Below the pieces are notes generated by a model. That model ran no database searches. It saw only the letters and a program-made list of their open reading frames with translations, and had not been told where the DNA came from. DNA of 64,000 nucleotides from Raillietiella orientalis (lineage: Eukaryota), in assembly GCA_036172245.1 (NCBI GenBank), contig JAYWIR010000052.1:434001-498000 (forward strand). Reading direction: 5' to 3'. Shown in pieces: positions 11,056-24,420 of this stretch (position 1 is its first letter; each line of letters starts with the position of its first letter). Made by a program: the position numbers and the translations under genes.

Positions 11056-14000
11056 TATGACTTGATGGGTTACACGCGCCCTCGGATGGTGAGGACAGAA
11101 TTAAAGGAGAGCTTTGTGAGCATCCCGCATGGAGGCGGGCGGTCATTCAGCACTCGACGAACCAAAAAGAAAAAGGAAAAAAAAAGTTGGAGGGAAGATT
11201 GAGAAAAGGGGGAACCCCAAAGGATTCCCACCATCCTTGATGCCATCGGAGCATGGCGGCCACTGTTGCTAGAACAGCGATATCTACCGACTCCTCTTGA
11301 GCGACAGCAGCTGCGAAGCTGCCGTCCTGCTTGCAGAAAGGCCGTATGGGGAATGCCAGGAGGAACTCTCTGCGCTCCACTTGCCCATCGGCGAACAAGG
11401 TGAAGGGAGGGAGGGGCTCTGACAACCTTCCTGGCAGCGGAACGGCACTTATCCCCATTGCTGGACCGAGAGTCCACCGGGAGGACTTTCCCCTCTTTCT
11501 CGCTCTGGAGGGCGCTCTTGCAGGCGTCTGAGCAGTGCTGCTGCTTTCTGGAACGAATGCGCCTACGGAGGCGGCTTCCGTGGTTCCCGAGAACGCCAGG
11601 AGGTCACAGCAGGTTTTGAGATCCACGGCGATGCGACCGACTACGGGAAGAGGAACCGGAACTCTGGAACGCCAGCGGGCGCAGCAGTGGGACGCTGCCG
11701 ACGTGGCCACATCGACGATAATGTAGCAGCGGTAGCGTCGGGTGCGATAGGGAAGCACGGCGTGCGATGGTTGGCGCACGGAGCTGCAAGTCAGCAGGAG
11801 CCTCGGCGGCCTTTCCGACATGGAGGTGACCCCGCCAACGGGCGGATGGAATGCGACGTCACCTCGCCGCGCCTCCGCGAGCTCCAAAAAGGCTGCTGTT
11901 CGAGGAGGAAGATGGGTGCTCGTCTTCCGCTCGCTCTTCCCTTCTGCTCCTCCCCATCTACTTCGTGCTGAAGAGCTCTTCCAGGAAGCGGGCCCGGAGC
12001 AAATGTTGGGTTTCCGGGCCTCCCAGAAAGTTTCCACGCCTGCGACGAAGACTGGGCCCGAAGACTCCAAAGGGGGAATCCCTCTGCCTCCCCCTCCTCT
12101 GTTCCTGAATCCAAATGGAGGCGGGTGGCGCCACCAATCGAGGCAGCCGACCTCTGCGTGGCTCCTTCCAATCAGGAGTTCCTTGAGACGGTCAGCGACT
12201 TTCTCCCGGGGTCTGTCGCGGCAAGGATCCGCAGGCTTGGTCCGGAAGCATGCACGCGATCCCGCAGAGACCATCAGGAAGACCAGGGTGGACTCTCTCT
12301 TTCGGGAGAAGGCGAGAGCATACGTAGGAGAGGGCATTTCCTGAGATTCCTATGAGCGAGTGCTGCACTGGAGAGCAAGCTCCTTCCTATCCGGGAGCGT
12401 TCGGAGGGTGGGAGAAGTCCCTGAAGAGGTATGTCCACCGCGGATCCTCCGGCCTCAGAGGTGGATCGGGAGCTCCCATCCCCTCCCGTTCATCCCGACT
12501 AGCTCGTTTGTCTTCCTGTATTTTTTCCACTCTGAAAGGGAAGGTTATGGATGCTCGCAAGAGCGGCCTGTGAGAGCTCGGGGGCAGCGGCGAAGAGTAA
12601 AAGTGCGAGCGAGGGTGAAGGCCCTCGCGGGACGCTAAGGACTGCTCACCACTGGGGTCGATCGCGTGGCCGAAAGATTCGTCAGCGTGCGAGAGCACGA
12701 CGACGCCACGGGGAACTTTTCGAAAGTGAGAAAAAAAAAGAATAAAGCTAGGCGTCATAAGAAGACTTCAGAATGAGGAACTGAATGAAGAAGGCGCGCC
12801 AATACTGAGAGAGGAGGATCCCAGCTAGCGTATCAGAGGTCCCTTCAATCAGTTTTCCCAGGATCTCCGTCAGTGTTGCTGCTGCTTGGGGACGCTTCAA
12901 GCGTCTAGGGAAAGGAGGGGGAAGGAGGGGACAAAGCGGACGTTCTGGTCTCGGTTTCGGGTGGGGAGGAGGAACTTAGGACGAGATGTTCGCCTGCGGT
13001 TTACGTTCTTCTCTCCGCCGTCTTGTCACTTCTTCTGCAGAGGTGGCGGGCTTCCGCGACTCGGCGCTAGATGGCTGCAGGGGACGGTGCGCCTCCGTCC
13101 GCTGAAGCTGCCGTAAGGGGAGACAGCAGAAGACAGGGAAGAGGCGCCTGTCCGGGGAAGGGAGATAGACTGCCGGAGTTGAAAGGGATCCCCCAACAAG
13201 CACCACCACTCCGGAACTCCAGCCCGGGGAACGGGAGTGCAGGTCGCCCGCTTCGGGAAGAGCCCCAGTACCCTTCCTCGAAAAGGGAGGCTGGCGTTCC
13301 GGAAAGGCCTCCTCCAAGGTCCCTCCCCTTCCCGGTTTTGGAGAGAGGTAGTCGCGGACTGCATGGTGACGTGAAGGGGAAAGTACGTCGTGGACCGGCG
13401 ACGGCGGTGGGAGAGCCGAATCTCCGCTTGCGGATGCCCTAGCACACCGCCGAAGGCAGGCAGGTGGCTCTGAGTAGGAGGTGCCTGCCGGGACAACGGC
13501 GGCACCCAGCCCAGCTCCTTCTCCTCCTATTCCCTTCCCTGCCGGTAAGAAAACGGGGAGAAGGGGAGGGTCGACGCCATCCTTTCCTGCCATCCCTTGG
13601 TCCTGCATCGGAGAGAAGCGCTCTAAGGCGTGTTGGGGAAGCGAGCCCTACCCCCGCTCCCCCAGGACCCATCAGGAGCCTCCTAAATCTCAGCTCGCCC
13701 GAAGGCGGACAGGGAGTTCGCTCGTGAGGAAAGGGATGGGGCAGGGGAGGGGAAGGGGAGGGGAAGACTCGACCGCTCGCTTCGCAGCAGCGTGAGCGCC
13801 CGCAGCGACGACGACGACGAAGACGATGGCGGCCGAGAGCCATGACGGCGGGGAGGAAGCCCCATACGGAGGGCAAGGGGCGCTGCAGCTTCCCGCAAGG
13901 AATCGCTCTCGCTTGCTTCCTTGCACTCTGTGAAGAGGTGACGACTCGGAGGGCAAGGCAGAAGACCCCGTCCCTATTTCTGGAGGGTCGATTCGGGTGC

Positions 14001-17000
14001 GGGAGGGTCGTTTCGCGGTCGAGCAGCTTCGAGACAGTGTGCGACGGCGGCGGAGTCGCGCGGACCCCCGGGGCAGCGGGGCCTGGAATAGATCTCTTTG
14101 CCCGCCGTCGTTTGCCGTCACCGTCCGTCGTGAACGGATGCGGCGGCGGCCCTCGTGCTTTCTCTGCTCCTCAGGGAGGAAGAGGGTCCGGAGGGCAGGA
14201 GTAGGCAAAGGGGAAGACTAACTTGGAGGAGGATGGGGCGAAGCAAGGGAGAGGGAAAGAGATGTGGATGGAAAGCACTCCGTGGGGGGTGGGAGGTGGG
14301 GAGTAGACTACCTTCTCAGCTTCCGCAGGAAGGAAGGACGAACCGGCAAGCTTCTGCTGTTTCCCCTTAGAGACCGCTGCCGCCCTGCGGTGGGCATGAC
14401 CACGGCCGGCCGGGTGGGTCTGACGGGGGACACAACAGTGCGGGGAGCTCCCACTTCTCCAGGGAGACGCCCTGCGCCTGGCAATCAGGAAGAAGGGTCA
14501 CCTCTGCGGACGCCGGCGGGAAGCAGGGGATGGCAGCAGACTCGGGGCGGAGGACACCTCCCCGAAGGAGGATCAGCCGCCCCCGACCTGAGGCTCTGCC
14601 AGGCGCCTTCGCGGAGCCTCGAGCGCGTCCTTGCAGCCGGGGGACGCCCGTCCTTGCCGCTAGGAGGAACGGTCCGTCGTGAGCAAGAAAGGGCAGGTGC
14701 AGGTCGAACGACGCCCCCGAGTGGTCAGCCGGGTGGCGTACGAGCGGTGCATCTGCGGGAACGTTCGCACGGGGCTCGTCCTTGGAGCATCCAGGCGGTT
14801 GCGGCAGCGCGCAGACGCCGCTTCGACCCTCGGGACTCCGCCACCGCGGCCTGTCCCGGAAAACAGAGGTCCAACCCTTCCTCCCCCCTTTCTCCAGCAC
14901 AGAGAGGGGGTTCCCCCCCCCTTCAGGAGGACGCTCTGCCTTCCCTGGACGCTCTGCGCAGACCACCCAGGGGGTGAAGGGGAAGTCCTCAGCGGTACGG
15001 ATGGATGGGCAAGGCATAGGGGGGATGAGTGCGCGCGCGCGCGTGAGGAAAGAGGAGGTAGAGAGAGGAGCGCTCGCACCCCAACATTTCTCGGGCACCA
15101 ACTGAGGCTCGTCGTCTTCCTCGCTTGTGTCTGGAACGGCAGCCTGGAAACCGCGGAAATGGGAACTGTCTGAGAGTGCAAAAGAGGCGGCTGGTACGAT
15201 CGGTGGCGCGTGCGGGAACCGGCCGCTCCAGTCGAACCACATCCGTCCAACCCCTGCGGCGATTCTTCCCGACTTACCAGAGGTTTCCAAGGAAACGTCA
15301 CCTGAGCCCAGCCTCCCCATCCCTTCTGCACCTCCTTTCTTCCCTTCCTCCTCCTCCTCCTCCCCCTCCCTTCCCGCTCGCCCCCACCGGGTGGAAGCAC
15401 CCGGGGTGAAGGTGGGCCTGAGTACAGTCTCGTCCCTTCCCCCTCTCCCCCCCTCCCCACTTACTGTCCTTGGTGCGACGATCGCCACCTGCGGCGCCCT
15501 CACTCGGAGAATCCTCAGGCGCTCCCGCCATTCCTACCTCTGGCACCAGCCGGACCCTCCCCTGCCTCACCCCCTTCCACCAGGCAAGACCCACCACACC
15601 TTCCCGATGAGGCGTGGCTCTGTCGTCGGAGCGCCCGACCGGATGCTTTCTATCTAGGGGAGGAAGGGAGAGGGGAGGAGGGAAAGGGGAAAAAATCCCG
15701 CGTCATTCGCCGGTGAGCGAAGGACCCGGGATGAAGGAGCACGTGACACCGGGAACGATGCAACCGTCACCGGGACGCCCTATTCAAATTAGAATGCAAA
15801 ATAGGTCCGCAGATGCATCCCGTATGGAATCGTCAAAGCATCAATCAATTTCGTTCCGTGCACCATCATCTTCCCCCTTTCCTTCCCTCCCTCCCTTCCT
15901 CCTCCTCTGCCTCTCCCTCTTTTTCCTTTCGAACCGGATGATCGCGGCGTATTCAAATCACGGGAACGATTTGTAGCTACATGAACCGCAAATGTTGACT
16001 CTTTGAGGTGAGGTCGCCCGGAAGCCAGAGGACGCCCCCGGATTTTTTTCGCCTGCCCCAGTCCCGCCGCAGCCACTCTCAGTTCCCCTCCTCCCCTTCC
16101 CTCTTCCCCGCGTCTCCCGGCTGCTCCCGTCACCCCAGAGGGCGCGCGCGAGCGGTGCGGCGCACAGCCGTGGGAAGAACGGCGGCGCGCGTTGCCACGG
16201 GTTACCTCGTTGTTTTCTCCCCCCCCCCCCCCATTGCACACACCCCTTCTCGCGCGTGCGTGCGAGCGAGCGGAGGAGGGAGGCGAAGCGGAGCGCGGAG
16301 AATCGCTCCGGGTCCGGAAGGAATGCTCTCCAGACGCTGGCGGGGCCTTCCAGGGAGGAGGATGGACGGATCCGAAGTTGCCCATTGATGGGAAGCTGCT
16401 GACGCCGAGACGCCACGCCGCAGGAACGGGAGTTCCCCCCACTCCCCCTCACCGCCGGTGGCCGGCCGCTGTCCGCGACTGTCTTAGGGTCGGCACCGCG
16501 TGAAAAGCGGAGGCGCTTCCGTGAGGGGCGACCTGCTTCCTGTAGAACCAGCGAGCCGAAAAGAAGCGAATCGCCTCAGAAGGAGGCGGGACGGGGGCGA
16601 AGGAGTCCATGGGGACGGCGTGGCGCAGAGGATCGGGAAGGCGACGCTCGCGGGGGAGTAAGGGGGGGGAGTGAACCGGCGTCACGTGTTCTCGATTGCC
16701 GGCGGGCGAACTTTCCCACGAAGGCCGGGTAGCCCCCCCCCCCCGCCTTCTCCAATCTCGATCGCCCCTCCGCTGAGCTCCAGGCCCAGCTGCCCGCCTT
16801 GCTTCGAGCATCCCCACCTCATTCGCCACTTCAGCAGCGAGCGGCAGTGCACGGGCGTTTGCTCGTCTTCCCCTCCTCATCCAGCTGTTCCGAGGGGAAA
16901 GGGGAGGGTGGATCCAGGAAGGAGGATGGTCCTCAATCGCGGAGGCGGTGCGCGCATCACGGGGAGTGGGCACCAGTGTGCGGGTCCGCAGCTCCGCTTC

Positions 17001-17738
17001 TGCGTTGCCCGGGAAACTTCACCGCTCCGAGACGATTAATCATCTCGGAGAGCTTCGCACGTTTCTTAGCGCATTCCCGGAATCCCAGCGCCATTCGATT
17101 TTCCACGGAGACAAAGCGTGAAATTCGCATCCCCTCCCCCTCTCCCCCCTCGCTTCCCCGCAACCTTCCGCCGCTCCGCGCGCGTGTTGCCATGGCACTC
17201 TCTGTTCGGAATTTCGAAACGTCGCCGCCGCCGCTTCTCCCGCACTCGTCGTCCGTTTTTCGCCGACCACGCGCCGGAGCGAAGGATCGGGGAAAAAATT
17301 CCCGCTGCCGGCCCGCGGGATCGGATCCCCCCAGGAGTGTCGGCGAGGAGCTGGAGGGACCCGCGAGCGAACCTCAAGGACGGACCGCGAGTTGCGATCG
17401 ACCGTGTTGTTCCGCTCGATGGCGCCCGGGGAGCCTCGAGCTGGCGGCGCTTTTTTCGTACCGCAAGGACGAGCGCGAGCAGACTGCCCCAAGGTCTGCA
17501 CTCCCCGTCTTCTGGACAAGCCTTCTGGGGCATCCCTGCGGTTCCGAGGGTCCCGACGGCAAGGAAGGCGACGGGAGAAACGAGGGATCGAATCGCAGAC
17601 GTGGAGGGAGGGTGGAGGAAGGGGGGGCAGGCGACGACGACAGGGTATGCTGATCCCGTGCACCATCTCTCGGAGTCTGCTCGGGCTCTGCCGGAGTGCT
17701 GGAGGTGCCGAGTGTACCGGGGGAAGGCTGGAAATCCT

Positions 17739-17749
<11 letters not shown>

Positions 17750-17781
<32 letters not shown>
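17750..17781. repeat. (CA)n microsatellite
   Basis: Perfect CA run preceded by (CG)n. Confidence 0.95.
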
Positions 17782-17784
<3 letters not shown>

Positions 17785-20700
17785 TCCAGATTCCCTGCCC
17801 CCTGAACTTATTGATCCACGCAGTTTCCAACGTCCCAACAACACGTGTTAACGAGCACACCCTGCGCAGTAAAAGTTCGCGCGGAAGATCGCACCCCGAG
17901 AGACTACTATCCCTGTACCTCTTGGAGGATGCAACCGGTGTTCCGTGCTGGAACCCTTCGGCGTCCTCTGGCGCCAATCGCTCTTTCTAGAGAACCCGTC
18001 AGGATCTCCCCGCGCTGCCACCTCTATACCCCTCCATATCTTGGTCCCCCTGATGAGGATGCTGCGGATGAAGGCGGCCAGGCGAGCCCTCGACGTGGGA
18101 TTGCACAGGAGCACTACTCTTTGTCCTTCGGAGAGTCCCCGGAGGACGTTGCGCGATTCAGCGAACCCCTCACAGAGGATGAAAGGACGAGCGAAAGAAC
18201 GACCGTTAAATAAAAATCAAACGTCACCGTGTTTTCGTCCTCTCTGATGGACGGCGTCCGAGGAGAGCGCGGTTTCCACTTCAGGAATCCCCTGACGTAT
18301 CCACTGCATAAACCGAAAGCACGTGTGGCTCGCTGGCCACTTCAGCAGGAATTCCTCTCGAAGCTTTCAGCCAAGCACGGACCACGACCCTGTGCGAGTG
18401 ATGTGGCGACTTCCACGCGCAGTCCCTAGGCCTAGGGCAACAATGGCCGATTCACTCATTGTTAGCGCGCGCGCGCTGCCGTTTCGTCCTGACGCGCTCG
18501 TAAACACCGTCTACCGGCGTCTCGCGAAGGCGTGTTCCGTTGCGGAGTGCACGCGAGCACGCATTCCGCCTTCGAACCAGAACGGAGGTGGGACGTTCCG
18601 AGCTCGGCAGAGAAGTAAAGGGAAGCGAAATGGAGGCAAACAAAGCCGAAACGCCTTGAAAGTGTGCGATCGCGCCGACAGGGCCTATGCGATTGTTGGG
18701 ATCGCAAGCGTCGCCCCCGTTGCCGTGCCAACCGCCTCCATCGCCAGCGCACGCGCTCCCGCGCGCCGTCCGTGAGCTCGGAGCGCCGAGTGACTTGCGG
18801 TTTCCAGGCAGCGAAACGAACGGCAGTCGGTCGGCAGTCATCCACCCGAGGCGGTGGGGAAAGCGCTCGGCGCGTGCGCCCTCGCGAGCACGCGAGCACT
18901 TGCGCGGGCGGCAGGCTCTCCGCTTGCCCCGCTTGGGTTTCGCGTCGCCGTCGGCCTTGCCGCTGCCGGCCGGCTGACCTTTACCCAAAGCAGCAGCAGC
19001 TGCTGCTGCTGTTGAGCGCCCGCACGAACCAACCGTACGCAGGTTGCCATGAGCCCCTCAAGTGGTCAGGTTCCGTTGCGCCTAGGGAAGGATTTCTCGA
19101 GCTGCAAGCAACGTCACGACTCGACCGACGGGGAAGAGGGAGAGAGGCGCGCTTGAAATCCAAGGACTTTTTTTTTTTTCTTTTTTTCCAGAACGCAAAA
19201 TCGAGGCTTCTTCTCAAGAAGGGAAGGGGAGGAAGGGGAACGGAACGTGGGCATGAAGTCGCTGGAAGCTGCTGCCACGCGTGGGCACCCGGAAGGATCG
19301 CCACTTCCTCGCGTGTCCTCTGAGCCTGCTTTCCTCGGTGCAGCCGCGTTCGCCTGAAGATGTGGGTGGTGACTTCTTTCCTGCGCTCCTTGCCTTTCTT
19401 CCCTCTCCTCTTCCCTTTCCCCCCGAATCTCAAAAAACAAAAGGCGAAAGCGCAAACATGGCGGCAAGGGAAGAGATGGGTGGTCCCGTTCGTCCCTCTC
19501 CCGTGTCCGCTGCCGCTCTGCAGCTCCTCGAATAGGACAGGCTGGGAGGAGGCGACGGTGGAGCGAGCCTGCGCCTGCGCGCATCATCTTCGCTGCAAAG
19601 GATCCGTATGTGCTCTTTTCTGCCCTTTCGTCTCCCCTCCCTAATCTTCGGTTAGAGAAAGCTCCAAAGGAATTCCTCCGAGGATGCGCGCGCGCGAGTT
19701 TCAGCAGCCGCTCGCGGTTGCTTGAGGTCTGTCCGGGGAGCGAGCGGGGAGAGACGAGTGCAAACGAAAGGAGGAGGGGGGGGGGGAGGGAAGCAAACAG
19801 CAACAGGAATGCATCCCCCCCCCCCAAAAAAAAAATAAAAATAAAAATAAAAAAAAACAGTCTTAGCAGCGCAAGGAAGGCAGGTCCCGGGAAGCCTCTG
19901 GTCGAATCTGCCACAGTGGAGCGAAAATCAGGCTTTCTTCGCTCTGAAAGAGGAAGGAAAGAGGAAGAGGAAGGAAGGAAGAGGAACAGGAGGAGGAAAG
20001 GCAAAAAGGAGGTGGGAAAAATATCCCGAAGTTCCTACCATTCTCGGCAGCCCCTAGACCTAGTCGTCCGGGCCTCCTGGAGCTACAGGTGCCGTGTTCC
20101 TGTCTGCTCCCTTCTCCTCCGCCCCAGATTCCTCTGTGGACCCCGCACAAGGCGCCCGTGCTGCGATCAGCCACGGCTCTTCCGCTTCCTTCGGAGTCGG
20201 GAGTGTCCATCTCGCCCACGCGGTGCGGCGCCGTTCTGTTCGCTCTCCCAGAGTGCCTCAGCAGAAGCGGCAGCAGCAGCATCCTTTTGCCGCCTCGAAA
20301 ATGGCCGCACGCGGCGTGGGGAGACGGACGGCGGAGGGGGTCAACTCCGACGCGTGCCACTTGGCTCCGGCTGATCTGGCGGCGACAGACGCCATCGCCG
20401 CCTGCTGGCGTCCAGTAGGCTCGCTCGAGCGGAGCCGGCGGGCGGGTGGCGGGGGTGTGCGCGCGCCCCTCGGCGGAGCAGGTGGGGGTGAGGGTACTGG
20501 TGGCGGGGGAGGACGGAAAAAGACCTTCCCGCGGACAAAAACGTAGGGGCGGGGGAAGAGGGTAGTAAATCAGTTCCGCTCGGGATGCTGCCGCCCCCGC
20601 TCGTCTTTCCTTTCCGCGCGCGCCCGTTGCCCCCTCACCGTGAGGCCGGGAGCGAAACGCGAGAAGCCCTCGATCTCCCTGGCGACGGGGGACATCTGCG

Positions 20701-20988
20701 CACACTCCCCCTCTCCCTACCCGCAGCCGCGGCCGCCTCCTTTCCGAGCCATTAACTCGGGCGGCGGCGACACCATCCGTCTTTGCGGGCCGCGAGGGCG
20801 ATGAAGTGTCCGGGAGCTGACCCCGTCACCGACCCCCGAAAACACTCCGTCCCAGTGGGGTGACAGCTTCATCAGTCCGGCCGGCGGGAAGGCTGCGCCC
20901 TCACAATGCCGGTCCAGACAAGCGCGAGCGCCTCCGTCCCAGGCGTCCGCAGCCACGGAAGCGGACTCGTGTGCGCTGGAAGCTCCCG

Positions 20989-21250
20989 CTTTCTTCCTGT
21001 TCCACTCTTTCCTTCTCCCCCTTCTGCCTTCCTCCACTTCCTCTCTTGTTCCTCTAGTTCCTCCCTTCCTTCTTCCTCCTTTCCTCTTCCTTTTCCTCTT
21101 TTTCTTTTCCTCTACTCTCTCCTTTGTTCCTCCAATTCCTCCAGTTTTCCTCTCCTTTCCCATTCCTCCTTCTCTCCTCCCTTCGTTCCTTTCTCCTCCG
21201 CCTCCCTTCCTCCTCTTCTTCCATCCTTCCTTCCTCTCCTCCTTCTCTCC
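20989..21250. repeat. Polypyrimidine (CCT/CTT) low-complexity tract
   Basis: ~260 bp almost only C/T on the + strand. Confidence 0.9.
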
Positions 21251-23050
21251 GCCGACACTGATCCTCCTAGCCTTCCATGCTTGACGCCGTCCGCTCCGCC
21301 TTCGCGGCGGAGCCAGGCGGCAAGCTCGGGCGGGCCGCCGCTCCCTCGGGGCAAACCGCCAGCCCCGCGTCCACTTGCAGCTGGAAGGGGCAGTGCGCCT
21401 TCCCTCTCTGCGCCCGGGACTCCCCGTCGCCTCTGCAGCTCCAGCGCTCGCAGCAACCCTCTTCGGCGGACGAGAGGGGCCGACGAGAGGAGTAGGAAGG
21501 AAGAATCCCTTCTCTCCCCCACGGTTTCCTTGGGGAGGTCTCCTCCCCACGGCTTCCCGACGCTTCTTCTCCCCTTTCCCTCCTTCCTGTTTTCTCGAAC
21601 GACCGCCCGCTTCTTTCTTTCCAAGGGCGACCTTGAGAAACGGACCAGGGCAATCCCTTCTTCCTCTCCCGTCCTTTCCCCCTTTTTTCCTCCCCCGCTT
21701 CTTGGAAACAGGTAGAGAGGAAGAAGGAGGAAGGGAACCTCTTCCTCACTCCCTCTGGAGGGTGTCAGGTCTGGCAGTCCGGAGGCGCACTGGCCGGAGA
21801 GCATCTCGGAGAGTCCCGGAAGTAGGGTGCAGCGCATCCAGCCTCTGCGCCTTGGGAATAGCTTCGTCCCGCCTTCCACGCGAACGTCCGGCAGGGTTCC
21901 GCTTAATGGATGGGGCAGAGAGCCGATCCCGGAGTGGCGATGGAGGGTTTTGTCCGCATTGGAATCTCTGCAGCGCTTCCGGGAAAGGATAACGAGAACA
22001 GAGCAGCCTCCTTTCCTCTTCTTCTTTGTCGCCTGGACGACGGGAAAGGTGAACGAGTGGAAGGGGCGGGGGAGAGGCAGCGGCAAATGCTCCCGGAACT
22101 GCGCTGCATGGCTCTTCGGGGCTTCGCTGCTCCTGGGAGAGGTCCCTCCTCGACGGGCGGTCCTCTGGAGGACACACCTCGCCAGCCCGCTTCCCCCTTC
22201 CGCTCCAGCGCTCCCTTCAGCTGGTGGAGGACCTCGCATCCCGGGGGGGGAACCCTTTCGTCCTGACCCCATCCATCATCCGCTTTCACCGGAACCTCGC
22301 AAAGACCCCTTCCGGGTGCTCGCTGATCCGCGCCGCCTGCCGGTGCCTGAGGCGGGACTTCCAGGTGCCTCCCTCTGACCAGGCACCCAGCCTGCTCCCC
22401 TCCCCGGTCATCCTCCCCTTCTGCTCTCCCGCCTCGGAAGACGGCTCTGCAGTAGGAGACCTCACCTGACCCTGAGCGGTGCAGGGATTCTGGAAGACGG
22501 AAGAGAGGAGGTGAGGGCTTCATCTTCCCCTTCTCCAGCAACACCGCCCGGAGGCAGTCGGTCAACAGCGTTTCTAGGAAGGAGCTCAAATAGGAAGGCG
22601 AAACGAGGACCCCCCTTTCGTCTTGTCCAGGGGCGAAAGGGGGGAGAAGTCGGAAGGAGGACGAGGCAAACGGGGGTCAGCACTCCCGCTCTGCAAGTCC
22701 CGCCGTCTCCCAGAGAAAAACCTGTACTCCCCGGGCGCGCCCGTCCCCTTGCCTGAGAGCCTCCTCTCCTCGCAACTCCTCCTGCTCGGCAGAGGCCGGC
22801 CTCTCCAGGGCGATGCCATCCAGAGGAAGGGTCGGTTCCAGGAACGCGACGAGGAGAGGTCCGTGCAACTCCCTTTTCCGCGTCCCCGTGCGCCGCGTGT
22901 CGACGCAGAGAAGCGCAGTCGAGTGGGCGCCTGGCGGCTCGTCCGGTCCAGTCTGTCGTTGCCTCTCGACAACCTCCTCCTCCTCCGAGGGAGCAGCGTT
23001 CACAGGAGATGACCGCGAAGCTGCCGGCTCGCCGAGGCCACTGACGCCGT

Positions 23051-23328
23051 CACTCACGCCCCCTTCCGGTCCAGCTGTGGGTAGCGGTTTTTTCAGAAGC
23101 AGTTCGCCCCGGAGTTTCCGGGAAGGGGAGGGGAACCATACTGACCTCACGAGAGGAGATCGAAAGATGCCCCGCCGAGATCGAAGAGAGCGGAGGCGGC
23201 GCTGATCAGGGAAGATGTCGCGTGAGGCTCCGACCTCCCTGCTGCTACTCGCAGGACGCGACGGGGACCTATGCCCGAGAGGGAAAGAGGGGTTGAACGG
23301 CCCTCTTGCGGTGCTCGCCCCGGGGCGA
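23051..23328 (+). repeat. Left arm of 278-bp inverted repeat
   Basis: Reverse complement of 25745-26022. On manual reading I saw a single mismatch (GGGAAGATG vs GGGAGGATG). Confidence 0.97.
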
Positions 23329-23829
23329 GACGGACACACCGCCGCCCGGGAAACTCCTCCCGAGCATCCTGTCTGAGGCTCCGAGTTCAAGCCGATCATG
23401 CCAGCTGCTGGAGCGCTCGTAAGAGGGAATGGGGAGGGAATGGATCCTAAGCCAAGAGGGCGGGGTGCACTGGGAAGGGGAAACGGAGAGCTTCGCACGA
23501 GTCGATGGGACGTTTGTCCCATCGAATCCAGAAATCCAAGGAAGGGCGCGCCGATGAGGTCCACAACGATCACGGAGGGAAATTGACTGGGGGAAGGCGG
23601 GTTGGAAAAAAAAAAGGAAGAAAAGTCGGTCTCGTATTGGCTCCGAATTCGACCCCCTGGGGTTGTGGATCGCCGAAGAGCTGTTCCTTCCATCTGCCTC
23701 GCTTCCTCTCCCCTTCCTTCCTCTTCCTCTGAGTTGCGAGTGGCAAAAACGTGGCGGACCTTTCCGATGATAGGGACCTACATTCCTACACCTGAGGCGA
23801 AAATGGGAGGAGAAAGGAGAAGCTCGTTG

Positions 23830-24420
23830 AAACAGATGGGAGAGGCATTCTCTTGGCACCAGGGAAGCCTTGTCGTCCACACGGTACTCGAATGTGAAGC
23901 TGGAAACAGGGACATGCAACTTTGTCCGAAATCGTCTGCCTTTGAGGCTTCCCTGGTGATCCTGCCGCTGGGAAACAGGGTGAAGAAGAATGAATTTCTT
24001 CGACGATGCTTCGTAGACCACGGAGAGGTGGAGACCGGCGGCAGGAGGTGGCCTCGCGTGATGGCTTATACTGAAGTCTTTGAAATCAGTGTCGAGCCAG
24101 TGTCGGGCCAGGGCGCACTTGTGGAAGCTCTGTGGAGCGCCTTCTTGAAGATCTGACAGCCTTGATTCGCCACCTGCAGCTTGTCCCGAGAGCCGTCCGC
24201 CCTCCCTCTGCATCTGCATCGAAATCTTTCCACACTGACACGAAATTTCCGGGTGATGGAGGACAGTGCATCACCGACGGAGCCCACCGGTGCTTCCTGG
24301 GACGCGATTCGGAGGAGTTTTTAGAACCTGTTCGCGGGGAAGAAGATAGCAGCATCTTCGGAGGTCGGCCGTTGTCGCAGTCCAGAGTCTCTCGACCTGA
24401 AATGGTCGCACCACTCCGAC
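23830..24420 (-). pseudogene. Decayed NF-X1-type zinc-finger gene fragment (NFX1/NFXL1-like)
   Basis: Across frames: TLDCDNG, HCPP/EISCQCGKISMQ (24208-24249), CQIFKKALH/FHKCALARH (~24100-24160), HSSSPCFP, DKVACPCFQLHIRVPCGRQ (23870-23930). These resemble NF-X1 repeats (CxCGK; CxKxLxCGxHKCxxxCH; CxCGxTxxxVPCGR). Confidence 0.5.

Noticed and set aside
15190..15250. Trypsin-like phrase VVRLERPVP on the minus strand
   Set aside because: No catalytic His or GDSGG motifs nearby; too short to support.
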